NCBI GenBank assembly: GCA_026995045.1
Contig: JALWPK010000050.1
Coordinates: 11,805-75,804 of the forward strand
DNA: 64,000 nt
Direction of reading: 5' to 3'
From: Gammaproteobacteria bacterium
GTDB lineage: Bacteria > Pseudomonadota > Gammaproteobacteria > SZUA-229
The position numbers were made by a program, and so were the translations under genes. Below the pieces are notes generated by a model. That model saw nothing but the letters and a program-made list of their open reading frames with translations. It had not been told where the DNA came from and did not search any database. This document shows, in pieces, positions 18,764-28,758 of the stretch. Each line of letters begins with the position of its first letter. The first letter of the stretch is position 1.

Positions 18764-19588
18764 GTGCCAGATAAATTCGAAAAACATATCGCCGTGACAG
18801 ACAAATGCACGGCGATTGATTTACTTGCAGACAACACTCCGCTCAGCCGGCAACGCCTCAAAACCGTTATGATGCAGGGCGCAGTGTGGCTGGAGTCAGC
18901 TTATGGCGTTGAGCGCATCCGTCGCGCCAAAAAACGCATCAAAGCGGGGGACACGCTGCACCTGTATTACGACAGCGCCGTGTTACAACAGCAACCGCCC
19001 CCTGCCCGTCTGCTGAATGATGAAGATGACTACAGCATCTGGGAAAAACCCGCAGGCATGTTTTCACAGGGCGGCAAATGGGGCGACCATTGCACCCTGT
19101 ACCGCTGGGCGGAAGGGCAGCTGAACCGGCCCGCCTACACCGTGCACCGGCTGGACCGCGCCGCCAGCGGGCTGATGATTCTGGCGCACAACAAACACAC
19201 AGCCACCGCTTTTCTGGAAATGTTTCAGCAACGTGTTATAGAAAAGCATTATCGCGCCAACGTGGAAGGCGACATTAGCCAACACGAGTTTCCGTTTGAC
19301 ATCACACAGGCGCTGGACGGCAAGCCGGCGCATTCGGTGTTGTTAGAGGCAAGTCATGACGCCAGCAACAACACCAGTGAAGTGATTGTCGATATCAAAA
19401 GCGGGCGCAAGCACCAGATTCGCCGTCACCTGTCATCACTGGGTTTTCCGATTGTGGGCGACCGCCTGTATGGCGCGAGCAATACGGACGCCGACCTGCA
19501 ACTGCGCTCGGTGATGCTGAAATTCGCCTGCCCGGTTGATGGTGTGGTGAAGATGTGGACGCTGGACGGTTATGCTCCGAGCACGTAA
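18764..19588 (+). CDS. RluA-family pseudouridine synthase
   Basis: 274 aa with an apparent GTG start. It has the catalytic motif HRLDRAASGLMILAHN and GRKHQIRRHL. Confidence 0.85.
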   Translation: MPDKFEKHIAVTDKCTAIDLLADNTPLSRQRLKTVMMQGAVWLESAYGVERIRRAKKRIKAGDTLHLYYDSAVLQQQPPPARLLNDEDDYSIWEKPAGMFSQGGKWGDHCTLYRWAEGQLNRPAYTVHRLDRAASGLMILAHNKHTATAFLEMFQQRVIEKHYRANVEGDISQHEFPFDITQALDGKPAHSVLLEASHDASNNTSEVIVDIKSGRKHQIRRHLSSLGFPIVGDRLYGASNTDADLQLRSVMLKFACPVDGVVKMWTLDGYAPST

Positions 19589-20238
19589 AAATACACCGAC
19601 ACAAAATGGCAAATACTGCCGCCCAGCACAAACACATGAAAAATGGCGTGATTCAGCGGAATTTGTCTGATGGCGTACAACACCGCGCCCACGGTGTAAC
19701 TGACGCCGCCCGCCACCAGCCACACCAGTCCGTCGTGTGACAGGTTCTGCGCCAGCGGCTCGATGGCGAACAGTATCAGCCAGCCCATAAACACGTACAT
19801 CACTGTCGACAGTTTTTCATAACGCCCGGTGTAAAACAGTTTGAGCGCCACACCGGCAACCGCCATGCCCCAGCTGACACCGAAAATCACCCAGCCCGCC
19901 ACGCCTTCCAGCACCAGCAGGGTAAATGGCGTGTAGGCGCCGGCAATCAGCAGATAGATGGTGGCGTGATCCGCCACCCGCATGCGGCTGCGCAACAGAT
20001 GGTCACGCGTGCTGTGATACAGGGTGGAAACCAGATACAGAATCACCAGCGTGGCGCCAAATATGCTGACGCTGACAATCTCCCAGGCATTGCCCACCTC
20101 TGCCGCCTTGATCACCATTAACACCAGCGCGATGATGCTGAGCACAAAACCCAGCGCATGCGAGCCGATGTTGAGGCGCTCTTCCAGTGTTGAATAATGC
20201 TGCCTGCCGTGCAGGCTAATACTGTCGGATTCAGTCAT
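19570..20238 (-). CDS. hemolysin III / PAQR-family membrane protein
   Basis: ORF trimmed to MTESDSI (20238). It has 7 TM segments, with [18 protein letters not shown] and HxFVLGGS motifs typical of the YqfA/hemolysin III family. Confidence 0.85.
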   Translation of the reverse strand: MTESDSISLHGRQHYSTLEERLNIGSHALGFVLSIIALVLMVIKAAEVGNAWEIVSVSIFGATLVILYLVSTLYHSTRDHLLRSRMRVADHATIYLLIAGAYTPFTLLVLEGVAGWVIFGVSWGMAVAGVALKLFYTGRYEKLSTVMYVFMGWLILFAIEPLAQNLSHDGLVWLVAGGVSYTVGAVLYAIRQIPLNHAIFHVFVLGGSICHFVSVYFYVLGA

Positions 20239-20689
20239 CTTTGTTGTTGTGCTGTGTAATAAAACGGTCAAGATGATTGGCGAACGCCTGCCTGTCGCTC
20301 TGGCTTAATGGCGGCGGGCCGCCGGTGTCAACGCCGCTGCTGCGCAGGCTTTCCATAAAGTCGCGCATGTTGAGCCGCGCGCGAATATTGTTTTCAGTGT
20401 ACAACTCGCCACGCGGACTCAGCGCGGTTCCCTGTTTCTCTATCACTTCCGCCGCGAGCGGAATATCGCTGGTGATAACCAGGTCTCCCGGTTGCATGCG
20501 TTTGACTATTTCGTTATCCGCCACATCAAACCCGGCGCCGACCTGAACAAAGCGGATGTGATGCGACTTCGGCACATTAATCCGCTGGTTCGCCACCAGT
20601 GTGACCGCGATGCCGGTGCGCTGCGCCGCGCGGAACAATATTTCCTTGATAACAACCGGACAGGCGTCCGCATCGACCCAGATTTGCAT
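20231..20689 (-). CDS. yaiI: UPF0178 (YaiI/YqxD) family protein
   Basis: ORF trimmed to [16 protein letters not shown] (20689). Length and motifs match the DUF188 family. Confidence 0.85.
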   Translation of the reverse strand: MQIWVDADACPVVIKEILFRAAQRTGIAVTLVANQRINVPKSHHIRFVQVGAGFDVADNEIVKRMQPGDLVITSDIPLAAEVIEKQGTALSPRGELYTENNIRARLNMRDFMESLRSSGVDTGGPPPLSQSDRQAFANHLDRFITQHNNKDD

Positions 20690-20775
20690 AATGACCTCAG
20701 TTCGTCGGCCGCACGCGCAACTTGCACGGCTGGCGCTATAATGTAATGACAATATTATGTTTCACAAGGCTGCGC

Positions 20776-21321
20776 ATGAACAACGACGAAATCATCCGGC
20801 AAACCCGCTGCTGGTTGGAAAAAGTGGTGATTGGCTGCAACTTTTGCCCTTTCGCCGCCCACCCGTTTCACCACGACCGGATTCGTTACAGTGTGTGCAA
20901 TCACAGCAGTCTGGAACAATGCATGAGTCATGTAGTGAATGAATGCATCACACTTGACAATAATGACAACATTGAAACCACACTGGTGATTTTCAGCCAG
21001 GCATTCGCCAGCTTTGACGATTATCTGGACGCCGTCGAACTGGCGCAACAGCTGCTGCAACAGCAGGGTTTTGAAGGCGTCTACCAGCTCGCCAGTTTTC
21101 ATCCGCACTACTGCTTTGCGGATGCCGATGCGGATGACGCCGCCAACTACACCAATCGCTCACCCTGGCCGATGATACACTTGTTGCGCGAGGTCAGTAT
21201 TGAAAATGTGCTGAAAGACTTCGCCCGACCCGATACCATCCCGCAACGCAACATTGAAACCGCTCGCAAGCTCGGCGTCGAAGCCATGCAGGCGTTGCTC
21301 GACAACTGCCGGCAACCATAA
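20776..21321 (+). CDS. DUF1415-like protein
   Basis: ORF trimmed to MNNDEIIRQTRCWLEKVVIGCNFCPFA (20776). It also has QLASFHPHY and NYTNRSPWPMIHLLRE. The family assignment is from memory. Confidence 0.7.
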   Translation: MNNDEIIRQTRCWLEKVVIGCNFCPFAAHPFHHDRIRYSVCNHSSLEQCMSHVVNECITLDNNDNIETTLVIFSQAFASFDDYLDAVELAQQLLQQQGFEGVYQLASFHPHYCFADADADDAANYTNRSPWPMIHLLREVSIENVLKDFARPDTIPQRNIETARKLGVEAMQALLDNCRQP

Positions 21322-21399
21322 CGGCCATATCGGCATATCATGATGCGGCGTGGCTGTGGTACAGTTGCTTCAGCCCCCACGAACATCGAGGTATCTGAC

Positions 21400-21987
21400 A
21401 TGGCGACTTTCTTCAAACCCCACGCAATGCTGGTTTCCGGCATGGCGCTGTTATTCTCCACCATCACACCGGTGATGGCCGACAACGGCTATCGCGGCGC
21501 GGCGCCGCCTCCACCACCGGGCTACGGACAACCGATGCAACCGCGCCCCTATACCGGCGCCGACATGGCAATGCCGGGTGGCCGCCCAGGATACGGCCCC
21601 GGCTATGGACAGGGGTACGGCCCGGGTTACGGTTATGCGCCCGGCTACCATTCCGGCCCCCGCTTTCGCGGCCCCGGCGGCTTTGGCCCGTGGAGCAGTC
21701 GCGGATCAGGATTCCGCGGCCCGTGGAACAACCGCGGCAACTGGGGAGATTTCCGCAACCCGTTCTCGCACCGCAGTCCGGGCAGCTGGTTTAACCCGAA
21801 CAAGGGCAACATGGAGCGCAACTGGGACGACATGCTGAATGCGCCCAGCCGCATGGGACGCATGCCGGGCGGCTGGGAAGCGCCTTCTGTCAGCGTACCC
21901 AACCCGATTGATGTCGGCGACCAGTTCAGCGACGCCGCTCGCGATCTGCCGGATCAAATGGATAATTTCCGTTACAACAATTATTGA
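21400..21987 (+). CDS. secreted low-complexity Gly/Tyr/Pro/Arg-rich protein
   Basis: The ATG at 21400 follows GAGG. The signal peptide is MATFFKPHAMLVSGMALLFSTITPVMA. Repeats follow: GYGPGYGQGYGPGYGYAPGY, then RGPGGFGPW and RGPWNNRGNW. A strong terminator lies downstream. Confidence 0.65.
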   Translation: MATFFKPHAMLVSGMALLFSTITPVMADNGYRGAAPPPPPGYGQPMQPRPYTGADMAMPGGRPGYGPGYGQGYGPGYGYAPGYHSGPRFRGPGGFGPWSSRGSGFRGPWNNRGNWGDFRNPFSHRSPGSWFNPNKGNMERNWDDMLNAPSRMGRMPGGWEAPSVSVPNPIDVGDQFSDAARDLPDQMDNFRYNNY

Positions 21988-22010
21988 TTGCTGCGCAGCA
22001 AGCAAAACCC

Positions 22011-22038
22011 AAAAGCCCGTGTTCGCACGGGCTTTTTT
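22011..22038. terminator. bidirectional rho-independent terminator
   Basis: AAAA GCCCGTG ttcg CACGGGC TTTTTT. It sits between the convergent genes 21400..21987(+) and 22059..22535(-). Confidence 0.8.
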
Positions 22039-22058
22039 ATGTCAGCCAGTTAGTCGGG

Positions 22059-22535
22059 CTAAATGCCAACCTCATCCAGTACATCATCATAAAAGCCGCT
22101 GTCGGCTTCCTCGACAATCTCCGCCTGTTCCAGCAGATTGATGGCGATGGAAATAAAATCCGTGTCGGTGATGATGCCCACCAGTTCATCATCGCGGGTA
22201 ACGGGCAGGCAACCAAATTTGTGCGCCTGCATAAATAACGCCGCCTGCCTCACTGCACTGCCGGGGGCAATGGTGCTGACATCGCGAATCATGATATCTG
22301 ACAGGGGCGTGGCGGCATGCGGATCTGCCTCAATGTCGCCCTGTTTCAACAATTCCGGATCGGTTGCCGCCAGTACATCGCGCTGCGTCACCAGCCCCTG
22401 TAAATGATGCTTGCTGTCGGTTACCGGAATATGGCGAATATGCTTTTCCGTCATCACGCGCCAGGCGTCAGCCAGCGTATTCGCTGCGGATAATGTCACG
22501 GGCTGCGCGGTCATAAATTCATCGATGGTAATCAT
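22059..22535 (-). CDS. CBS-pair domain protein
   Basis: 158 aa with two CBS-like repeats (IRHIPVTDSKHHLQGLVTQRDVL and FGCLPVTRDDELVGIITDTDF). Confidence 0.85.
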   Translation of the reverse strand: MITIDEFMTAQPVTLSAANTLADAWRVMTEKHIRHIPVTDSKHHLQGLVTQRDVLAATDPELLKQGDIEADPHAATPLSDIMIRDVSTIAPGSAVRQAALFMQAHKFGCLPVTRDDELVGIITDTDFISIAINLLEQAEIVEEADSGFYDDVLDEVGI

Positions 22536-22617
22536 GGCACACCTGTATCCGTTGTTACTGACGCCAGCTTACCTGACTGCAGCGCCAGTGAATTGACACG
22601 GGTCAAGCCGGGGCGAT

Positions 22618-23091
22618 TCACTCGCACACGCCGGCTTCGTCCACCTTCAATTCCGTGCGCAGGCCGTCATCGTCCAGCACATAATAATGCAGCTTCAAAC
22701 TGTGCCCATCGTGCTCGGGTTCGATGATGTACTCTCGCCCCGCTTCGGGCACAAACGAAAACCGGATGTCCTCGGCCTGTTTACTGTTGTCGGCATTGCG
22801 CACGCGGATATCGGCGCGCTTGCCCGCCGGTATCTGCTCGACCGTTTCCACGACGCCAAACGGAATGCGTATTCCACCCAGCTCATCATGGGCGCAGTCA
22901 TCATCGGTTTCGCGCTCGGTGATAATCGAGACATAGCTGGTTGGCGTCACCCGCGGCGCCAGCTCGGGCGCGGCAAACACCAAGCGGGCTGTTTTTCGTC
23001 CGTCTTCAGAAGACTGTTGCACTGTGCTGCAAGCAGCCAACATGGACAGGGCGAGCATGGCGACGCCCACAGTGGTAAACCTTTTCATCAT
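22618..23091 (-). CDS. hypothetical lipoprotein
   Basis: Lipoprotein signal MMKRFTTVGVAMLALSMLAACS. No other recognisable motif. Confidence 0.55.
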   Translation of the reverse strand: MMKRFTTVGVAMLALSMLAACSTVQQSSEDGRKTARLVFAAPELAPRVTPTSYVSIITERETDDDCAHDELGGIRIPFGVVETVEQIPAGKRADIRVRNADNSKQAEDIRFSFVPEAGREYIIEPEHDGHSLKLHYYVLDDDGLRTELKVDEAGVCE

Positions 23092-23250
23092 AGTGTTACG
23101 CTCAATGGCCTGTGTGAGTGACCAGTATACCCCGACGCCACACCAACATATTAACCCACATCAATAAACCACCGGCGCGCGCTGCGACGCGATACTCAGC
23201 AGGCGCAGAATCCGGTAGAATCCGCACTGCCTTTTCAACCGGAGCCAGTC

Positions 23251-23967
23251 ATGGGCAGAGCCTACCAGAACCGCAAAGAATCGATGGCCAAAACCTCGGA
23301 CATGAAAGCCAAGGTTTACAGCAAATATGGCCGCGTCATCTATATGTGCGCCAAAGACGGCGGCGTCGATCCCGACGGCAACCTGGCGCTGCGCAGTCTG
23401 ATCGAGCGCGCCAAAAAAGACCAGGTGCCCAGCCATGTCATCGAGAAAGCCATCAACAAGGCCAAGGGCGGTGATGGCGAAGACTTTGCAGTGGCGCGTT
23501 ACGAAGGCTTCGGCCCCGGCGGCTGCATGGTGATTGTCGACTGCCTGACCGACAACCCCAACCGCACCTTCGGCGATGTGCGTAACTGCTTCACCAAAAC
23601 CAAATGCAAAATTGGCAGCGAAGGCAGCGTGATGCACATGTTCGACCATGCCTGCATTCTGGTTTTCAAGGGCGATGAAGAAGCTGCGCTGGAAGCCCTG
23701 TTGATGGCGGATGTGGATGTAACCGACATCGAAAACGAGGATGGCAAGCTCACGGTGTTCGCCCCGCACACGGAATACAGCAAGGCCAAGGCCGCGCTTA
23801 CCGATGCCTTTGGCGATATCGAATTCGAGGTCGACGAAATCCAGTTTGTGCCCAAAGGCGGCACGCCAGTCAGCGGTGAAGACGCCGAGATGTTTGAAAA
23901 ATTTCTGGCCATGCTGAACGATCTGGATGATGTGCAGAACGTTTACCATGATGCGCAACTCACCTGA
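23251..23967 (+). CDS. YebC/PmpR-family transcriptional regulator
   Basis: 238 aa. The N-terminus [27 protein letters not shown] and the YEGFGPGG motif are typical of the family. Confidence 0.9.
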   Translation: MGRAYQNRKESMAKTSDMKAKVYSKYGRVIYMCAKDGGVDPDGNLALRSLIERAKKDQVPSHVIEKAINKAKGGDGEDFAVARYEGFGPGGCMVIVDCLTDNPNRTFGDVRNCFTKTKCKIGSEGSVMHMFDHACILVFKGDEEAALEALLMADVDVTDIENEDGKLTVFAPHTEYSKAKAALTDAFGDIEFEVDEIQFVPKGGTPVSGEDAEMFEKFLAMLNDLDDVQNVYHDAQLT

Positions 23968-24061
23968 CGCAACCGCATCCTGACCTGGCCTGGCAGGCTG
24001 CCCTGTTTCCTGTGGGCGTTTTCCGCTATGATGGTGATGTCATCCATCTCAGGCAGCGGTC

Positions 24062-25378
24062 ATGGCGGAGAAAGAACAGGCAAGCGATAACAACACTGTC
24101 ACCATCATCGATAACCGCAATGGCACGCAGGTCGATTTTCCTATTCTGGACAGCACGCTGGGCCCGGATGTTATCGATGTGCAAACCCTGTATCGCACGC
24201 TGGGCTATTTCACCTACGACCCTGGTTTCACCTCCACTGCCAGTTGCGACTCGGAAATCACATTTATCGATGGCGCCAACGGCGTGTTGTTGCATCGCGG
24301 TTATTCGATTGAGGAGCTGACAGAAAACAGCAACTTTCTTGAAGTCGCCTACCTGCTGATCAACGGCGAGCTGCCAACCGCCGAGGAGTGGGAAACCTTT
24401 CGCAAGGATATTGCGCTGCACACCATGGTCGACGAACAACTGATTCGTTTCTACAACGGTTTCCGGCGTGACGCGCACCCGATGGCGATTATGGTTGGCG
24501 TGGTCGGCGCGCTGTCCGCGTTCTATCACGACAGTCTGGACATCAATGATGCCGAGCAACGCCGCGTCGCATCCATGCGGCTGATCGCCAAAATGCCAAC
24601 TATTGCGGCGATGGCCTACAAATACACCAAGGGCCAGCCCTTCGTTTACCCGACCAATTCGCTCAGCTATACCGAAAATTTTCTCAAGATGATGTTCGCC
24701 GTGCCGGCCGATGAGTATGTTCCCAACCCGGTATTGTCACAGGCGCTGGAAAAAATATTCATCCTGCACGCCGACCATGAGCAGAACGCCTCCACCTCCA
24801 CCGTGCGTCTGGCCGGATCATCACAGGCGAACCCCTTCGCCTGTATTGCGGCAGGTATTGCCTCGCTATGGGGGCCTGCGCACGGTGGCGCCAACGAAGC
24901 CGTGCTCAAAATGCTGCATGAAATCGGCGACAAGAGCAATATTCAGAAATACATTGCGCGCGCCAAGGATAAAAGCGACCCGTTCCGGTTAATGGGCTTC
25001 GGTCACCGTGTATACAAAAACTATGACCCGCGCGCAAAAGTGCTGAAGGCCTCCGCACACGCCGTGCTGAATGAACTGGGATGCGCCAATGAGCCGCTGT
25101 TTGAACTGGCGCTGGAGCTGGAGCGCATCGCGCTGGAAGATGAATACTTTATCGAAAAGAAACTGTTCCCCAATGTGGATTTCTACTCCGGCATCATCCT
25201 GCGCGCCATGGGTTTCCCCACCTCCATGTTCACCGTGCTGTTCGCCCTCGCCAGAACGGCGGGCTGGGTGGCGCAATGGAACGAAATGATCGCCGACCCG
25301 ATTCACAAAATCGGCCGCCCGCGTCAGCGCTACACCGGCAGCAGCCCCAGAAACTACATACCTATGGACAAACGCTGA
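24062..25378 (+). CDS. gltA: type II citrate synthase
   Basis: 438 aa with [26 protein letters not shown] and FPNVDFYSG motifs. Confidence 0.95.
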   Translation: MAEKEQASDNNTVTIIDNRNGTQVDFPILDSTLGPDVIDVQTLYRTLGYFTYDPGFTSTASCDSEITFIDGANGVLLHRGYSIEELTENSNFLEVAYLLINGELPTAEEWETFRKDIALHTMVDEQLIRFYNGFRRDAHPMAIMVGVVGALSAFYHDSLDINDAEQRRVASMRLIAKMPTIAAMAYKYTKGQPFVYPTNSLSYTENFLKMMFAVPADEYVPNPVLSQALEKIFILHADHEQNASTSTVRLAGSSQANPFACIAAGIASLWGPAHGGANEAVLKMLHEIGDKSNIQKYIARAKDKSDPFRLMGFGHRVYKNYDPRAKVLKASAHAVLNELGCANEPLFELALELERIALEDEYFIEKKLFPNVDFYSGIILRAMGFPTSMFTVLFALARTAGWVAQWNEMIADPIHKIGRPRQRYTGSSPRNYIPMDKR

Positions 25379-25383
25379 ACCCG

Positions 25384-25623
25384 CTAGACTTTTTCGTCCA
25401 GCAGGGTTCCCAGCAGCACTTCATCAAAGGTTTCAACGACTTTTACTGACGCTGCAACCTGAAGCTGACTATGCTTCATGCCTACCACCGCCTCGGCCAG
25501 CTCAGCTGGTTCGCTGGCGACAGATGCGCCAGTGCTGGCGATTTTCCCGGCATACGCCATCATCTCGCGCAACCTCTTGTTGACGCCCGCCAGCGCCTTA
25601 TTCATCCCGGATGTTACCGTCAT
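25384..25623 (-). CDS. small hypothetical protein, possibly YjfB-like (putative motility protein family)
   Basis: 79 aa. The segment MKHSQLQVAASVKVVETFDEVLLGTLLD loosely resembles the YjfB family pattern. This is weak. Confidence 0.35.
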   Translation of the reverse strand: MTVTSGMNKALAGVNKRLREMMAYAGKIASTGASVASEPAELAEAVVGMKHSQLQVAASVKVVETFDEVLLGTLLDEKV

Positions 25624-25905
25624 AAGTCACCTCCCGGCGAAGTCTCCTCATTATTATCGACAGAACCTGACATTCCTTTAACCTGGCCGGAGACTGACAG
25701 CGCCAATCTGTTTTGTGACGCACCTGCATTGCATTCACCCGTTACCGGGTGTATTGTGTTTGCACCAGCAACAAAGCTGGCTTTCACAACGACGCGCAAT
25801 AATAATGGAAGCGCACTGAATGGATGCACATCGTCACTCCCGTCGCATCCCTCACATCCCGCCTCCGTTGTTATTGTCATCAAAACAATGATAAAGGAGT
25901 ACATC

Positions 25906-27336
25906 ATGAAAACACCCAAACCCATGCACGGCACAAGCAAGGCTCGTGGTTGCAGCCACGCGCGTCTGGGAAACTTCTGCAAACTGCTGCCCGAACTTCC
26001 AACCTGGGCGCAACAATGTGATATTCACGACAAATGCGAGGCGGAGGAGATTGCCGCAGCGCTGGGCGGCCCCGGCGGCATCATGCACGATGTCAACTCA
26101 TCCTCGCCTGACGGTACGCTGCCCGCAGGCTATACCTTTTTTTCACAATTTATTGACCACGACATCACCCTGGACGTTACCAGTAATCTGCACGGCGAAG
26201 CCGTCGATGACGGCGATATCAACGACCTGCCCAACCTGCGCTCCGCCTCGCTCGATCTTGACTGCGTGTACGGCTTCGGGCCGGAGGCGTCGCCCTACCT
26301 TTATGATCAGGAACAGGATGGACGCCTGCTAACCGGCAACAAGGAGAATGAAAACGACGTTCCAAGAAACAGCGATGGGCGCGCGCTGATAGGCGACCCG
26401 CGCAATGATGAAAACATCTTTGTTTCACAACTGCAGTTGCTGTTCATCCGCTTCCACAATCGCCGCATGATTGGCCGCCGCTTTGAGGATGCGCAGCGCG
26501 ATGTTCGCTATCATTATCAAACCATCGTACTGTATGATTTTCTGAAACGCATATGCGACGAGACAATTTACCATCAGGTAATCTGTGATCTGGACAATTT
26601 CCCCAAGTGCGACATTATCGATAAATGCGGTCGCGTCTGTATGCCGGTGGAATTTTCCGTCGCCGCCTACCGCTTTGGCCACACGCTGGTGCGCTCACAT
26701 TATCCAGCCAACACCGAATACCCGGTCATCGAACTGTTTGATGAGCGTTTTGGCACGACCGGTTTTGGCGCCGTCCCGGAAAAACTCACTGTCGACTGGC
26801 GTTTCCTGCTGGACGTTGACGATTGCCACGATTATGTAAAATCAAAAGCCATTGACCACATGCTTGCCGATGAACTGATACGCATGCCGGATCCGATTGT
26901 CGGCCGTCTCGCCAGTGAAAATGACCGTTCCCTGGCCTTCCGCAACCTGTTGCGCGGCTATGTGCTCGGCCTGCCAGCTGGACAGGATGTCGCCGCAGCC
27001 ATGAAAGCCAAAGGCTACAAGATACCAGCTAAAAAGGTGGATTTGAGCAAACTGCAAAACTGGCATTGTCTGGACAAAAATCTGCAGAAAAAACTGGAAA
27101 AACACACCCCGCTGTTTCTCTACCTGATGGCGGAGGCTGGCCAGCTGGGCAAGGGTGAAAGGCTGGGCCCGACTGCTTCCGCTATCCTGCTGGAAGTATT
27201 TATTACCATGCTGAAATCCTGTGACAGCATTCTCAACCGGCATGAAGACGCCAGGGACTGGAAAGTCGACCCGTGTATTGCGCACGCTGACGACTGCCTG
27301 ACCCTGGCCGACATTGTGCGCTACGTCAATAACTGA
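25906..27336 (+). CDS. heme peroxidase of the peroxidase-cyclooxygenase (animal heme peroxidase) superfamily
   Basis: ORF 25471..27336 trimmed to the ATG at 25906, preceded by AAGGAG (25894-25899). Motifs are FFSQFIDHDIT (distal His), ASLDLDCVYG, GDPRNDENIFVSQLQLLFIRFHN and EFSVAAYRFGHTLV (proximal His). No signal peptide. Confidence 0.8.
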   Translation: MKTPKPMHGTSKARGCSHARLGNFCKLLPELPTWAQQCDIHDKCEAEEIAAALGGPGGIMHDVNSSSPDGTLPAGYTFFSQFIDHDITLDVTSNLHGEAVDDGDINDLPNLRSASLDLDCVYGFGPEASPYLYDQEQDGRLLTGNKENENDVPRNSDGRALIGDPRNDENIFVSQLQLLFIRFHNRRMIGRRFEDAQRDVRYHYQTIVLYDFLKRICDETIYHQVICDLDNFPKCDIIDKCGRVCMPVEFSVAAYRFGHTLVRSHYPANTEYPVIELFDERFGTTGFGAVPEKLTVDWRFLLDVDDCHDYVKSKAIDHMLADELIRMPDPIVGRLASENDRSLAFRNLLRGYVLGLPAGQDVAAAMKAKGYKIPAKKVDLSKLQNWHCLDKNLQKKLEKHTPLFLYLMAEAGQLGKGERLGPTASAILLEVFITMLKSCDSILNRHEDARDWKVDPCIAHADDCLTLADIVRYVNN

Positions 27337-27345
27337 GCCTGTCTG

Positions 27346-27380
27346 CAAAAAAGGGCTGGCGCAATGCCAGCCCTTTTTTC
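27346..27380. terminator. bidirectional rho-independent terminator
   Basis: CAAAAAA GGGCTGGC gcaat GCCAGCCC TTTTTT, located between convergent genes. Confidence 0.8.
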
Positions 27381-27401
27381 AATGCTCAACCCAACACGAA
27401 A

Positions 27402-27954
27402 CTACCAGCTTAATTCGCCGTCGATTTCAAGAATCGCGCCTAATCTCACCATCTTGGCGGCAACATCTACTGTAACTGTATTCGAGCCACAATCTGGCGT
27501 TGGCGCTGCCGCTGGACTAGCGCATACATACTCATACTCTACTCCGCTTATTGTTATAAGCATAGACACATTGGTGCTTGTAGTACCGCCAAATACTGTC
27601 ACACCATCTACCACGCGAATCAGGGCGGTATTATTCATGTCGTTGGGAACAAGTGAGACCAAACCATTTCCAATAGGCGTAATCGTATTATTATCATCGG
27701 CAATATTTACAACTGCCGGATCAAAAGTGCTCGGCGCATCCGCCCCAACATAGCCGGCCACCATCTGGTTGCCAATACTGACGGTACACGCCACCAACCT
27801 GTAATATACCAACAGCTACACCACCTGTCGTAGCGCCACCATATCCACCGGAAATCGCCGTCGAGCCAGTATTTCCAGCGCCATTGCTAGTGCTACTACT
27901 TCCACATGCCGACAATGCCATCAGCACTATCGTGATTCCAATTAACCTGATCAT
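27402..27954 (-). pseudogene. lipoprotein gene split by a frameshift (signal/lipobox ORF 27721..27954 plus body ORF 27402..27812)
   Basis: The upstream ORF gives MIRLIGITIVLMALSACGSSSTSNGAGNTG..., then turns into implausible W/C-rich sequence. The body ORF in another frame has no ATG or RBS (TTG start). The two overlap at 27721-27812, so a single indel near 27795-27815 would fuse them. Confidence 0.5.
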
Positions 27955-28071
27955 GTCGCCCCCCGTCCTGGCCGAACAGCTATGTTGAAAAAATTATATC
28001 GTATGGCTTTAATCTACCACGCTATTCATATGTATATGTGACGCACGTCTCAGGTTACGACATTTACTGGC

Positions 28072-28674
28072 TTATATCAGGCCTTCCGTCTTCATGGCTT
28101 GCTGTACCGTCTCCCTTCCCGCCACGCGCGCGGCATGCGCCTTGATATGAGGCCAGTCATCCAGACCGATGCCGGTGGGATGCGTCCAGTTTGCAATCAC
28201 AAACAGATAGATATCCGCCAGGGTATAGCACTCTCCCATCAGGTAGTCCCTGTCGGCCAGCAAGCCATTGAGGAAATCGAGGCGAAGCTTGACGTTGGTC
28301 ACAGCTTTATGTTTTTCCTCATCGCTGCTGTCGGCAAACAACGGGGAGAAGGCTTTGTGAAACTCGGAAGTCAGGTAGTTCAGCCGCTCCTGCAACCGCA
28401 CCCGCTCAAAACCGCCACACTCCGGTGCCAGACCGGATTCCGGCGACTGGTCGGCCAGATACTGCATGATCACGACTACTTCGGTCAGGATTTCACCGCT
28501 GTCCAGTTGCAGCGCCGGCACATAGCCGTGTGGGTTCACCTGCCGATAGTCGTCGACGGTTTCTGTCTTGCCGGTGGCCAGGTCAACCTTTTCCAGGTTG
28601 AAGTCCGCACCGATTTCACGCAATACGATATGCGGCGCCAGCGAGCAGGCGCCGGGGGTGTAGTAAAGCTTCAT
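28072..28674 (-). CDS. glutathione S-transferase (beta-class, GstA-like)
   Basis: 200 aa with MKLYYTPGACSLAPHIVLRE and VPALQLDSGEILTE motifs. Confidence 0.9.
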   Translation of the reverse strand: MKLYYTPGACSLAPHIVLREIGADFNLEKVDLATGKTETVDDYRQVNPHGYVPALQLDSGEILTEVVVIMQYLADQSPESGLAPECGGFERVRLQERLNYLTSEFHKAFSPLFADSSDEEKHKAVTNVKLRLDFLNGLLADRDYLMGECYTLADIYLFVIANWTHPTGIGLDDWPHIKAHAARVAGRETVQQAMKTEGLI

Positions 28675-28758
28675 CCTATCCTCCTTCTATTTATTAGACA
28701 GTCGTCTGAATACTGTGCAAAATACTACACATTTCCGGCTCCGCGGAAAAGCGGCGCA

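Noticed and set aside
25471-25905. The 145-codon N-terminal extension of the peroxidase ORF (track start 25471).
   Set aside because: It overlaps the convergent small gene 25384..25623 and has implausible composition. The ATG at 25906 has a canonical AAGGAG RBS, and the family motifs begin soon after it.
28099-28758. The upstream two thirds of the 365-aa plus-strand ORF 28099..29196.
   Set aside because: It is antisense to the well-supported GST gene. Only the last ~145 codons show HxlR motifs.
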